32,000 nt of DNA, taken from Nocardia africana NBRC 100379. GTDB taxonomy: Bacteria > Actinomycetota > Actinomycetes > Mycobacteriales > Mycobacteriaceae. Position numbers and translations under genes: made by a program. A model generated the notes under the pieces. The model made no database searches. It was not told where the DNA came from and worked only from the letters and a program-made list of their open reading frames with translations. The stretch covers positions 130,227 through 162,226 of the forward strand of contig NZ_BDAV01000001.1 in the NCBI RefSeq assembly GCF_001612635.1. The letters are read 5' to 3'. Of this stretch, positions 16,712 to 24,664 are shown in pieces; position 1 is the stretch's first letter; every line of letters starts with the position of its first letter.

Positions 16712-17998
16712 TCAGAGCCCGATCCGGCCGAGGACCAGCGGATGCGCGGCCGGCGGGACCGGCCCGATGTCGAATCCCGGCCGCAGTGCTGCGATCGCCG
16801 CGGGTACGGCCGCTTCGGAGTCGGTGTGCAGGGTGAACAGCGGCTTCCCGGCCGTCACCGAATCGCCTGGCTTGCAGTGCATTTCGACGCCCGCGCCGGA
16901 CTGCACAGGATCACCCTGACGAGCGCGTCCGGCACCGAGCCGCCAGGCGGCGAGCCCGACGGCCATCGCATCCAGCCGGGTGAGGACGCCCGATTCCTGC
17001 GCCACCAGGGTTTCGGTGTGCCGCGCCCGCGGCAGTGGCGCGTCGGGATCGCCGCCCTGCGCCGCGACCATCGCCCGCCAGTGATCCATCGCGCGTCCGT
17101 CGGCCAGCGCATCGGCGGGATCGACATCGCGAATATCCGCCTGCGCCACCATTTCTCGTGCCAGGGCCACGGTCAGCTCGACGACATCGGCCGGGCCGCC
17201 ACCGGCCAGCACCTCCACCGATTCGGCGACCTCGAGGGCATTGCCCGCCGTACGCCCGAGGGGGGTGTCCATCGCGGTCAGCAACGCGACCGTCCGCACC
17301 CCCGCGTCGGTCCCCAACTCGACCATGGCCGTGGCCAATTCGGTGGCGTCACGGAAGTTCTTCATGAACGCGCCGCTGCCGACCTTCACATCCAGGACGA
17401 GTGCGCCGGTCCCCTCGGCGATCTTCTTGCTCATGATCGAACTGGCGATGAGCGGCACCGATTCCACGGTGCCCGTGACGTCGCGCAGCGCGTACAGGCG
17501 CTTGTCGGCGGGCGCCAGATCCGCCCCGGCCGCGCAGATCACCGCGCCGATCTTCGGATCGGTGAGGATCGCACGCATCCGCGCGGGGTCCAGATCGGCC
17601 TGCCAGCCCGGAATGGATTCCAATTTGTCCAGGGTCCCGCCGGTGTGGCCCAGTCCGCGCCCCGACAACTGCGGGACCGCCGCCCCGCAGGCAGCCACCA
17701 GCGGCGCCAGCGGCAGGGTGATCTTGTCGCCGACCCCTCCCGTCGAGTGTTTGTCGACGGTCGGCCGGGGCAGGTCCGTGAAGTCCATCCGCTGCCCGGA
17801 GGCGATCATCGCGGCGGTCCACCGGGCGAGTTCCCGGCGGGTCATGCCGCGCAGCACGATCGCCATCGCCAGAGCCGACATCTGTTCGTCGGCCACCTCG
17901 CCGCGGGTGAACGCGTCGACCACCCAATCGATCTGCTCGTCGTCGAGTTCCGCACCGTCGCGCTTGGCCGCGATCACCGACACCGCCGTATGGGTCAT
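16712..17998 (-). CDS. deoA: Thymidine (pyrimidine-nucleoside) phosphorylase
   Basis: 428 aa with motifs IAAKRDG, HSTGGVGDK and SGRGLGHTGGTLDKLESIPG. Confidence 0.92.
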   Translation of the reverse strand: MTHTAVSVIAAKRDGAELDDEQIDWVVDAFTRGEVADEQMSALAMAIVLRGMTRRELARWTAAMIASGQRMDFTDLPRPTVDKHSTGGVGDKITLPLAPLVAACGAAVPQLSGRGLGHTGGTLDKLESIPGWQADLDPARMRAILTDPKIGAVICAAGADLAPADKRLYALRDVTGTVESVPLIASSIMSKKIAEGTGALVLDVKVGSGAFMKNFRDATELATAMVELGTDAGVRTVALLTAMDTPLGRTAGNALEVAESVEVLAGGGPADVVELTVALAREMVAQADIRDVDPADALADGRAMDHWRAMVAAQGGDPDAPLPRARHTETLVAQESGVLTRLDAMAVGLAAWRLGAGRARQGDPVQSGAGVEMHCKPGDSVTAGKPLFTLHTDSEAAVPAAIAALRPGFDIGPVPPAAHPLVLGRIGL

Positions 17999-18042
17999 GG
18001 CGAAAAGCCTTCCAGATCCCGTTCGGGGTGCGGAAATTCACA

Positions 18043-18444
18043 TCATTTCCGGCCGGCGGCCAGATCGTCCGGCCCGAAGGCGTCCGGCAGCAACCTCGCC
18101 AGCGGTACCGGTCCGTCGCGATGGTCGACGAGCAGTTCCGGCCCGCCGTGCTCGTAGAGCACCTGCCGGCACCGTCCGCAGGGCATCAGGATTTCCCCGT
18201 GCGAATCACAGACCGCGACCGCCAGCAAACGGCCGCCCCCGGAGGAACAAAAGTTACCGACGAGTACAGTTTCGGCACAGACGCCGAGCCCATATGAGAC
18301 ATTTTCCACATTGCAGCCGCTCACAATGGAACCGCCGGCGGTGAGAGCGGCGGCACCGACCGGAAAGCCGGAGTACGGCGCATACGCATTACGCATTACT
18401 CGAAATGCGTTGTGACGCAGGGAATCCCAATCAATTTCCGGCAT
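18043..18444 (-). CDS. cdd: Cytidine deaminase
   Basis: The internal ATG at 18444 is preceded by GGAGG with a 5-nt spacer and gives 133 aa. Zinc motifs GVCAE and PCGRCRQ are present, along with YAPYSGFPVGAA. Confidence 0.9.
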   Translation of the reverse strand: MPEIDWDSLRHNAFRVMRNAYAPYSGFPVGAAALTAGGSIVSGCNVENVSYGLGVCAETVLVGNFCSSGGGRLLAVAVCDSHGEILMPCGRCRQVLYEHGGPELLVDHRDGPVPLARLLPDAFGPDDLAAGRK

Positions 18445-18773
18445 ATCGGACCTCCGCTCGAATGGCTGATATGACAGCGTAGAAATGGCATCGCGACGCT
18501 GTCGAACATTCAGGCAAGGCAAACCTAACTCCCCGCTTGGAGGCTCAACGCACGGCACGCCGAATTAGTTCCGCGAATCGCCGGGGATTAGAGTTCTCCA
18601 CAGATCGGTCCAGGTTTGGCAACGCACCGCCGGCCACCGCCTCCGGATGTCAGCGCCCGAGATGAGCTGGTGTTTCTCCAGATTCACATGCTCGGCGTAT
18701 GCCGAAGCTGCGACCGGATCCGACTGCCGGCTCGCCGGCGTGTCCATCAACGACGTTGGAGGCACCGCACTCT

Positions 18774-19175
18774 ATGACGACCACACTGGAAGCTCCGGCC
18801 CAGCCGAAGCGGAAGACCCTGTACCGCGGCGACCCGGGTATGTGGTCCTGGGCGATGCACCGGATCACCGGTGTCACGATCTTCTTCTTCCTGTTCGTCC
18901 ACGTACTCGACACCGCTCTGGTGCGGGTCAGCCCGGACACCTACGACCGGGCCATCGAGACCTACAAGAACCCGGTCGTGGCCCTCATGGAGATGGGCCT
19001 GGTCGTCTGCGTGCTGTTCCACGCGCTCAACGGCGTCCGCGTGATCCTCGTCGACTTCTGGTCCAAGGGCCCCAAGTACCAGCGCCTGATGCTGTGGATC
19101 GTGCTCACCATCTGGGTTCTGGTCTCCGCCGCCGGCGTCGGCCGCCAGTTCTTCTACCTGCTGACGGAGCACTGA
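18774..19175 (+). CDS. sdhC: Succinate dehydrogenase cytochrome b subunit
   Basis: ATG 18774 lies downstream of GGAGG (18758-18762). The 133-aa protein has three hydrophobic helices (WAMHRITGVTIFFFLFVHVLD...). It sits immediately upstream of sdhD/A/B. The start is less certain than the end. Confidence 0.78.
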   Translation: MTTTLEAPAQPKRKTLYRGDPGMWSWAMHRITGVTIFFFLFVHVLDTALVRVSPDTYDRAIETYKNPVVALMEMGLVVCVLFHALNGVRVILVDFWSKGPKYQRLMLWIVLTIWVLVSAAGVGRQFFYLLTEH

Positions 19176-19176
19176 T

Positions 19177-19608
19177 ATGACCGCACCTGTTCTCGGCAAG
19201 TCCTACGACCGGCCCGCGAGCCTCGACTCGCCGCGCGCCCCGCGCCGCTCCTCCGGCAACAACTTCGAGAAGTACGCGTGGCTGTTCATGCGCTTCTCCG
19301 GCCTGCTGCTGATCGTGCTGGTGCTGGGCCACATGACGATCATGCTGATGCTCGACGGCGGCGTGAAACGGCTGAACTTCGGCTTCGTGGCCGGCCGCTG
19401 GGCCAGCCCCTTCTGGCAGTGCTGGGACCTGGCCATGCTGTGGCTGGCGCAGCTGCACGGCGGCAACGGCCTGCGCACGGTCATCGACGACTACTCCCGC
19501 AAGGACTCCACCCGCTTCTGGTTGAAGACCCTGCTGGTCGTCGCCATGGTCCTGATCATGGGCGTGGGCACCTACGTCATCTTCACCTTCGACCCCAACA
19601 TCAGTTAG
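19177..19608 (+). CDS. sdhD: Succinate dehydrogenase hydrophobic membrane anchor subunit
   Basis: 143-aa membrane protein. It starts 1 nt after the sdhC stop and lies in sdhCDAB order. Confidence 0.85.
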   Translation: MTAPVLGKSYDRPASLDSPRAPRRSSGNNFEKYAWLFMRFSGLLLIVLVLGHMTIMLMLDGGVKRLNFGFVAGRWASPFWQCWDLAMLWLAQLHGGNGLRTVIDDYSRKDSTRFWLKTLLVVAMVLIMGVGTYVIFTFDPNIS

Positions 19609-19621
19609 GAACGCCTCCGCG

Positions 19622-21406
19622 ATGAGTGAGACTCGACCGGTTCAGGAGCACCGCTACGACGTGGTCATCGTCGGTGCCGGCGGCGCGGGGATGCGTGCGG
19701 CGATCGAGGCCGGCCCCCGGGTTCGCACCGCTGTGCTGACCAAGCTGTACCCGACCCGCAGCCACACCGGCGCGGCCCAGGGCGGTATGTGCGCCGCGCT
19801 GGCCAACGTCGAAGAAGACAACTGGGAATGGCACACCTTCGACACCGTCAAGGGTGGTGACTACCTGGTCGACCAGGACGCCGCGGAGATCATGGCCAAG
19901 GAGGCCATCGACGCGGTGCTGGACCTGGAGAAGATGGGCCTGCCGTTCAACCGGACGCCCGAGGGCAAGATCGACCAGCGTCGCTTCGGCGGTCACACCC
20001 GCGACCACGGTAAGGCGCCCGTGCGCCGCGCCTGCTACGCCGCCGACCGCACCGGCCACATGATCCTGCAGACGCTCTACCAGAACTGCGTCAAGCACGA
20101 CGTGGAGTTCTACAACGAGTTCTACGTGCTCGACCTGGTGATGAGCGAGACCGACCGCGGTTCGGTCGCCACCGGCGTGGTCGCCTACGAGCTGGCCACC
20201 GGTGAGATCCACGTCTTCCACGCCAAGGCGATCATCTTCGCCACCGGCGGTTCCGGCCGGATGTACAAGACCACCTCCAACGCGCACACGCTGACCGGTG
20301 ACGGTATGGCGATCGTGTTCCGCAAGGGACTGCCGCTGGAGGACATGGAGTTCCACCAGTTCCATCCGACGGGCCTGGCCGGTCTGGGCATCCTGATCTC
20401 CGAGGCCGTCCGCGGTGAGGGCGGCATCCTGCGCAACGCCTCCGGTGAGCGCTTCATGGAGCGCTACGCCCCGACCATCAAGGACCTCGCGCCCCGCGAC
20501 ATCGTGGCCCGGTCGATGGTCAAGGAGGTCCTCGAGGGTCGCGGTGGCGGCCCGAACAAGGACTACGTCTTCATCGACGTGACCCACCTCGGCGAGGACG
20601 TGCTCGAGGAGAAGCTGCCCGACATCACCGAGTTCTCCCGCACCTACCTGGGTGTGGACCCGGTGAAGGAGCCGGTGCCGGTCATGCCGACCTGCCACTA
20701 CGTGATGGGTGGCATCCCGACCCGCATCCGCGGCGAGGTGCTGCGCAACAACACCGACGTGGTCCCCGGCCTGTACGCCGCCGGCGAGTGCGCCTGCGTG
20801 TCGGTGCACGGCTCGAACCGCCTGGGCACCAACTCGCTGCTGGACATCAACGTGTTCGGCCGCCGCTCGGGTATCGCCGCCGCGGAGTACGCCGCCCGCA
20901 CCGAATTCGTCGAGCTCCCGGAGAACCCGGCGCAGATGGTGCAAGACTGGCTGGCGCTGCTGCTGAGCGATCACGGCAACGAGCGGGTCGCCGACATCCG
21001 CACCGAGCTGCAGGCCACCATGGATGCCAACGCCGCGGTGTTCCGCACCGAGGAGACCCTGAAGCAGGCGCTGACCGACATCCACGCGCTCAAGGAGCGC
21101 TACCAGCACATCACCGTGCAGGACAAGGGCAAGCGCTACAACAGCGACCTGCTCGAGGCCGTCGAGCTCGGCTTCCTGCTGGAGCTGGCCGAGGTCACCG
21201 TCGTGGGCGCGCTCAACCGCAAGGAATCGCGCGGCGGCCACGCCCGCGAGGACTACCCCGACCGCGACGACGTCAACTTCATGCGCCACACCATGGCGTA
21301 CAAGCAGGTCGAGCCCGGTAAGCCGGCGGAGCTGATCGCCGACATCCAGCTCGACTTCAAGCCGGTCGTGCAGACCCGTTACGAGCCGATGGAGCGTAAG
21401 TACTGA
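19622..21406 (+). CDS. sdhA: Succinate dehydrogenase flavoprotein subunit
   Basis: 594 aa with VVIVGAGGAGMRAA, RSHTGAAQGG (covalent FAD His), HPTG and RGGHARED. Confidence 0.96.
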   Translation: MSETRPVQEHRYDVVIVGAGGAGMRAAIEAGPRVRTAVLTKLYPTRSHTGAAQGGMCAALANVEEDNWEWHTFDTVKGGDYLVDQDAAEIMAKEAIDAVLDLEKMGLPFNRTPEGKIDQRRFGGHTRDHGKAPVRRACYAADRTGHMILQTLYQNCVKHDVEFYNEFYVLDLVMSETDRGSVATGVVAYELATGEIHVFHAKAIIFATGGSGRMYKTTSNAHTLTGDGMAIVFRKGLPLEDMEFHQFHPTGLAGLGILISEAVRGEGGILRNASGERFMERYAPTIKDLAPRDIVARSMVKEVLEGRGGGPNKDYVFIDVTHLGEDVLEEKLPDITEFSRTYLGVDPVKEPVPVMPTCHYVMGGIPTRIRGEVLRNNTDVVPGLYAAGECACVSVHGSNRLGTNSLLDINVFGRRSGIAAAEYAARTEFVELPENPAQMVQDWLALLLSDHGNERVADIRTELQATMDANAAVFRTEETLKQALTDIHALKERYQHITVQDKGKRYNSDLLEAVELGFLLELAEVTVVGALNRKESRGGHAREDYPDRDDVNFMRHTMAYKQVEPGKPAELIADIQLDFKPVVQTRYEPMERKY

Positions 21407-22182
21407 TGACTGCTGTAGCCGAAGCCCCGGCCGGGCAGAAGCCGGCCCCCGTGCCCGACGGGTCGACCATGGTGACGGTCAAGGTCGCCCGGTTCAACCC
21501 GGAGGACGACAAGGGCGCGCATTGGGATTCGTTCCAGGTGCCGGTCCTGCCGACCGACCGCTTCCTGAACGTGCTCATCTACATCAAGTCCTACCTGGAC
21601 GGCACGCTCACCTTCCGGCGCTCCTGCGCGCACGGTGTCTGCGGTTCCGACGCCATGCGCATCAACGGCGTGAACCGGCTGGCGTGCAAGGTGCTGATGC
21701 GCGACATGCTGCCGAAGAACGGCAAGGAGCTCACCGTCACCGTCGAGCCGATCCGCGGCCTGCCCGTGGAGAAGGATCTCGTGGTGAACATGGAGCCGTT
21801 CTTCGACGCGTTCCGCGCGGTGAAGCCGTACCTGATCACCTCGGGTAACGCGCCGACCCGCGAGCGCATCCAGTCCCAGACCGACCGGCACCGCTTCGAT
21901 GACACCACCAAGTGCATCCTGTGCGCCTGCTGTACCACCTCCTGCCCCGTGTACTGGAGCGACGGCAGCTACTTCGGCCCGGCCGCGATCGTGAACGCCC
22001 ACCGCTTCATCTTCGACAGCCGTGACGAGGGCGCCCGCGAGCGTCTCGACATCCTCAACGACGTCGAAGGCGTCTGGCGCTGCCGCACCACCTTCAACTG
22101 CACCGACGCCTGCCCCCGCGGCATCGAGGTCACCAAGGCCATCCAGGAGGTCAAGCGCGCCCTCCTGTTCGCCCGACCCTGA
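21406..22182 (+). CDS. sdhB: Succinate dehydrogenase iron-sulfur subunit
   Basis: 258 aa. Cys clusters are SCAHGVCGSDAMRINGVNRLAC, CILCACCTTSCP and CRTTFNCTDACPRGI. The start overlaps the sdhA stop (TGATG). Confidence 0.96.
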   Translation: MTAVAEAPAGQKPAPVPDGSTMVTVKVARFNPEDDKGAHWDSFQVPVLPTDRFLNVLIYIKSYLDGTLTFRRSCAHGVCGSDAMRINGVNRLACKVLMRDMLPKNGKELTVTVEPIRGLPVEKDLVVNMEPFFDAFRAVKPYLITSGNAPTRERIQSQTDRHRFDDTTKCILCACCTTSCPVYWSDGSYFGPAAIVNAHRFIFDSRDEGARERLDILNDVEGVWRCRTTFNCTDACPRGIEVTKAIQEVKRALLFARP

Positions 22183-22203
22183 GGTAGCAGAGCCCGAAAC
22201 ACG

Positions 22204-22240
22204 AAGGCCGCCCGCATCTTTCGATGCGGGCGGCCTTTTC
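22204..22240 (+). terminator. Intrinsic terminator of the sdh operon
   Basis: Perfect 15-bp stem aaggccgcccgcatc (22204-22218) / gatgcgggcggcctt (22223-22237) with a tttc loop. A short T-run follows. It begins 22 nt after the sdhB stop. Confidence 0.8.
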
Positions 22241-22345
22241 GTATCCGGTGCCGGGCCGCCCCGCACGCACCCATCCATATGGCCGGTGGCGCCGAATAAC
22301 GGTTGCATCAACCAGTATTGCTCGTCATAAGGGGGCGGACATACC

Positions 22346-22564
22346 GTGGTAAATATGAAGACGATGATCGACTTGGACGACGAGGCCTTGACCCTGGCGG
22401 CGAAGGAGCTGGGCACCACCACCAAGAAGGACACCGTCAACGCGGCGCTCCGGTTCGTCGCCGAACGTCGCCGACGCGTCGAGGAGATTCTGAACGATCC
22501 CTACGGCTTCGGAGTCGGTCCCGATATCGGCGACCCCGAGGTCATGCGCGGGGCTCGGCGGTGA
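22346..22564 (+). CDS. vapB: Type II antitoxin, VapB-like
   Basis: 72 aa containing MKTMIDLDDEALTLAAKELGTTTKKDTVNAALRFV, an antitoxin-typical N-terminus. GTG 22346 lies 10 nt after GGGGG; ATG 22355 is an alternative start. The stop overlaps the vapC start as GTGA. Confidence 0.72.
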   Translation: MVNMKTMIDLDDEALTLAAKELGTTTKKDTVNAALRFVAERRRRVEEILNDPYGFGVGPDIGDPEVMRGARR

Positions 22565-22995
22565 TCGAACCGATCCCACTGCGTCTGCACCTGATCGATA
22601 CATCCGCATATGCCCGCCTGAGCGACCCCGGCGTCCGGACCGTCATCGCCGGTCTGCTCGCCGATCGTGCGGCCGCAACGTGCGTCACGCTCGATCTCGA
22701 AGCCGGCTACTCGGGTCGAAATCTGGCAGACGTCCAGAACATCGCGCACAGCCGCCGGGCACGATTCACCACGCTTCCGGTTACCGAGCCGATCGCCGAC
22801 CGGGCTCGTGAGGTGCAGCTATTGCTCGCCAGACACGGAAAACACCGCGCCGCCGGGATCGTCGATCTACTCACCGCGGCAGTCGCCGAGTACCACGGAG
22901 CCACGATCCTGCACTATGACGAAGACTTCGAACACATCGCCTCGGTCACGCGTCAGCCACATGTCTGGGTCGTGCCGAGAGGAAGTATCGACTGA
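22561..22995 (+). CDS. vapC: Type II toxin, PIN-domain ribonuclease VapC
   Basis: GTG at 22561 gives 144 aa. Conserved acidic positions are LIDTS (Asp), LDLE (Glu), VDLLTAA (Asp) and HYDEDFE (Asp). The longer tracked ORF (from 22303) would run through vapB in another frame. Confidence 0.8.
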   Translation: MIEPIPLRLHLIDTSAYARLSDPGVRTVIAGLLADRAAATCVTLDLEAGYSGRNLADVQNIAHSRRARFTTLPVTEPIADRAREVQLLLARHGKHRAAGIVDLLTAAVAEYHGATILHYDEDFEHIASVTRQPHVWVVPRGSID

Positions 22996-23116
22996 CGATC
23001 GAGTCCGGAAAGGTCACTTCGAGCGCGGTGGCCGGTGGACCGGCCGCAACTAGGCAATTTGCTCAGTTTGCCGGGGGTTTGTTGTCGGATCCGGGGCGGG
23101 GTGCTTGCCTTGAGGC

Positions 23117-24001
23117 ATGTTCACCGAAGGTCAGCTGTATTCGCCGGTTACCACGGGTAGCGACGGCGATGTCACGGTGCATTTGAGTGCCGAGCATCCG
23201 GGGGTGCACGATCCGGAGTATCGGGCGCGGCGCAACGCTATCGCCGCGCTGGCGCTGGCGTATCGGGAGGGCGAGACGCTGCCGCGCATCGACTACACCG
23301 AGGAGGAGCAGCAGGTCTGGCGCATCGTGTCGGCGGAGTTGACGCGCAAACATCGGACCTACGCGTCGGCGGAGGTGCTCGAGGGCGCACGGCGGCTGGA
23401 CCTGCCCGCCGATCACATTCCGCAGCTGGACGAGGTGACCGCGAAATTGGTTCCGCTCACCGGCTTTCGCTATGTGCCGGCGGCGGGGCTGGTGCCGTTG
23501 CGCGAGTTCTTCGGCTCGTTCGCCGATCGAATTTTCCACTCCACCCAGTACATTCGCCACCATTCCGCTCCGCTGTACACGCCGGAGCCGGATTCGATCC
23601 ACGAAATAATCGGGCACGCAAATCAATTGGCGTCGCCGCGGTTCGCCGCGATCTATGCCGAAGTCGGCGCCGCGGCCGCCCGGCTGGAGACCGAAGCGGC
23701 GTTGAAGTTCCTGGCCGACGTGTTCTGGTTCTCCATGGAATTCGGCGTGGTGCGCGAAAAGGGCGAAGTGCGTTGCTACGGTGCGGGTTTGCTGTCCTCG
23801 TACGGCGAGATCGAGGAGTTCCGGCACGCCCGGCTGCGTCCGCTGAACATTCACGATATGGGCACCGCGACCTACGACATCACGCACTATCAGCCGATTC
23901 TGTATTGCGCGCAGTCGATTTCCGAGATCGAGGACGTGATCGGCGGCTTCTTCGCCACCATGACCGACGACAGCGCCGCCGCCGAGCTGGCCGCGTCCTG
24001 A
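23117..24001 (+). CDS. phhA: Phenylalanine 4-monooxygenase (pterin-dependent aromatic amino acid hydroxylase)
   Basis: 294 aa with motifs HSTQYIRH, PEPDSIHEIIGH (iron His pair), FWFSMEFG and YGAGLLSSYGE. Confidence 0.9.
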   Translation: MFTEGQLYSPVTTGSDGDVTVHLSAEHPGVHDPEYRARRNAIAALALAYREGETLPRIDYTEEEQQVWRIVSAELTRKHRTYASAEVLEGARRLDLPADHIPQLDEVTAKLVPLTGFRYVPAAGLVPLREFFGSFADRIFHSTQYIRHHSAPLYTPEPDSIHEIIGHANQLASPRFAAIYAEVGAAAARLETEAALKFLADVFWFSMEFGVVREKGEVRCYGAGLLSSYGEIEEFRHARLRPLNIHDMGTATYDITHYQPILYCAQSISEIEDVIGGFFATMTDDSAAAELAAS

Positions 24002-24013
24002 GTGCGGGAGCGG

Positions 24014-24664
24014 TCAGTCGCCGGATTCCGAGGGAGCCGCCGGTCGCAGCGGCATGCCCGCCTCCATGAATTCCACGATCCGGTCGATCTTGTCCAGATC
24101 CAGCCCCTCCCGGCCGAACGCGGTCATCATCGCCCCGATCATCGCCCCGGAGAAGGCGCGGACCTCGAAGTCGCCCGGGTCGCGGCCTACGCGGTGGGCG
24201 AGCAGCGCGGAGACCAGATCCACGTTGCGTTCGGTCTCCTGCATGATCACGCTGCGCAACTCGGGCTCGTTGTAGATCAGCTTCATCCGGTCCTGCTCGA
24301 ACTGCCAGTCCTGCGGGTCCAGATTGTCGAAGGTGTCCCGCATCGCCTGGCGGAACGCGGCGAGCGGCGTCAGCTCCGGCGGCTGGGATTCGAGCGCGTG
24401 GATCATGATCGGATCGACGTCGTCGGCCAGCACCACTTGCTCTTTGGACGGGAAATAGCGGAAGAACGTGCTCGGCGAGATATCGGCGGCTTCGGCGATC
24501 TGCTCGATGGTGGTCGCCGAATACCCCTGCCGCTGAAACAGTTTCATCGCCTCCGCGCGGATGGTGCGGCGGGTGCGCTGCTTCTTGCGTTCGCGCAGCC
24601 CCATCCGGGGCGACGTGGTCGCCCCGGAATGGGCCCGAGCGGGTGCGTTCGACTCAGCCGACAT
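24014..24664 (-). CDS. TetR/AcrR family transcriptional regulator
   Basis: ATG 24664 is preceded by GGGAGAA. The HTH region is RERKKQRTRRTIRAEAMKLFQRQGYSATTIEQIAEAADISPSTFFRYFPSKE. It overlaps the upstream MFS stop by 11 nt. ATG 24604 is an alternative start. Confidence 0.85.
   Translation of the reverse strand: MSAESNAPARAHSGATTSPRMGLRERKKQRTRRTIRAEAMKLFQRQGYSATTIEQIAEAADISPSTFFRYFPSKEQVVLADDVDPIMIHALESQPPELTPLAAFRQAMRDTFDNLDPQDWQFEQDRMKLIYNEPELRSVIMQETERNVDLVSALLAHRVGRDPGDFEVRAFSGAMIGAMMTAFGREGLDLDKIDRIVEFMEAGMPLRPAAPSESGD

Noticed and set aside
16163-18157. 664-aa plus-strand ORF antisense to the DMT gene, deoA and cdd
   Set aside because: Shadow ORF. The opposite strand encodes proteins with diagnostic motifs (HSTGGVGDK, PCGRCRQ).
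18669-18688. TGT...TCACA element resembling a CRP/FNR-type site upstream of sdhC
   Set aside because: The spacing between half-sites is about 8 nt rather than the 6 nt of the TGTGA-N6-TCACA consensus, and the left half is degenerate (TGTTT).
18565-18765. 66-aa minus-strand ORF in the cdd/sdhC intergenic region
   Set aside because: It has no RBS, no recognisable motif and poor codon bias, and it overlaps the likely sdhC promoter and leader.
19601-21289. 562-aa minus-strand ORF antisense to sdhA
   Set aside because: Shadow ORF of a highly conserved gene. Its composition is dominated by Val/Ala/Gly/Leu/His/Asp repeats with no recognisable domain.
22303-22560. N-terminal 86 codons of the 230-aa ORF 22303..22995
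   Set aside because: It overlaps vapB in another frame and is Arg-rich. The PIN domain begins right at GTG 22561, which forms the classic GTGA overlap with the antitoxin stop.
23031-23046. ggccggt-gg-accggcc palindrome after vapC as a terminator
   Set aside because: The loop is too tight for a stable hairpin as drawn, and there is no U-tract, so support is marginal.
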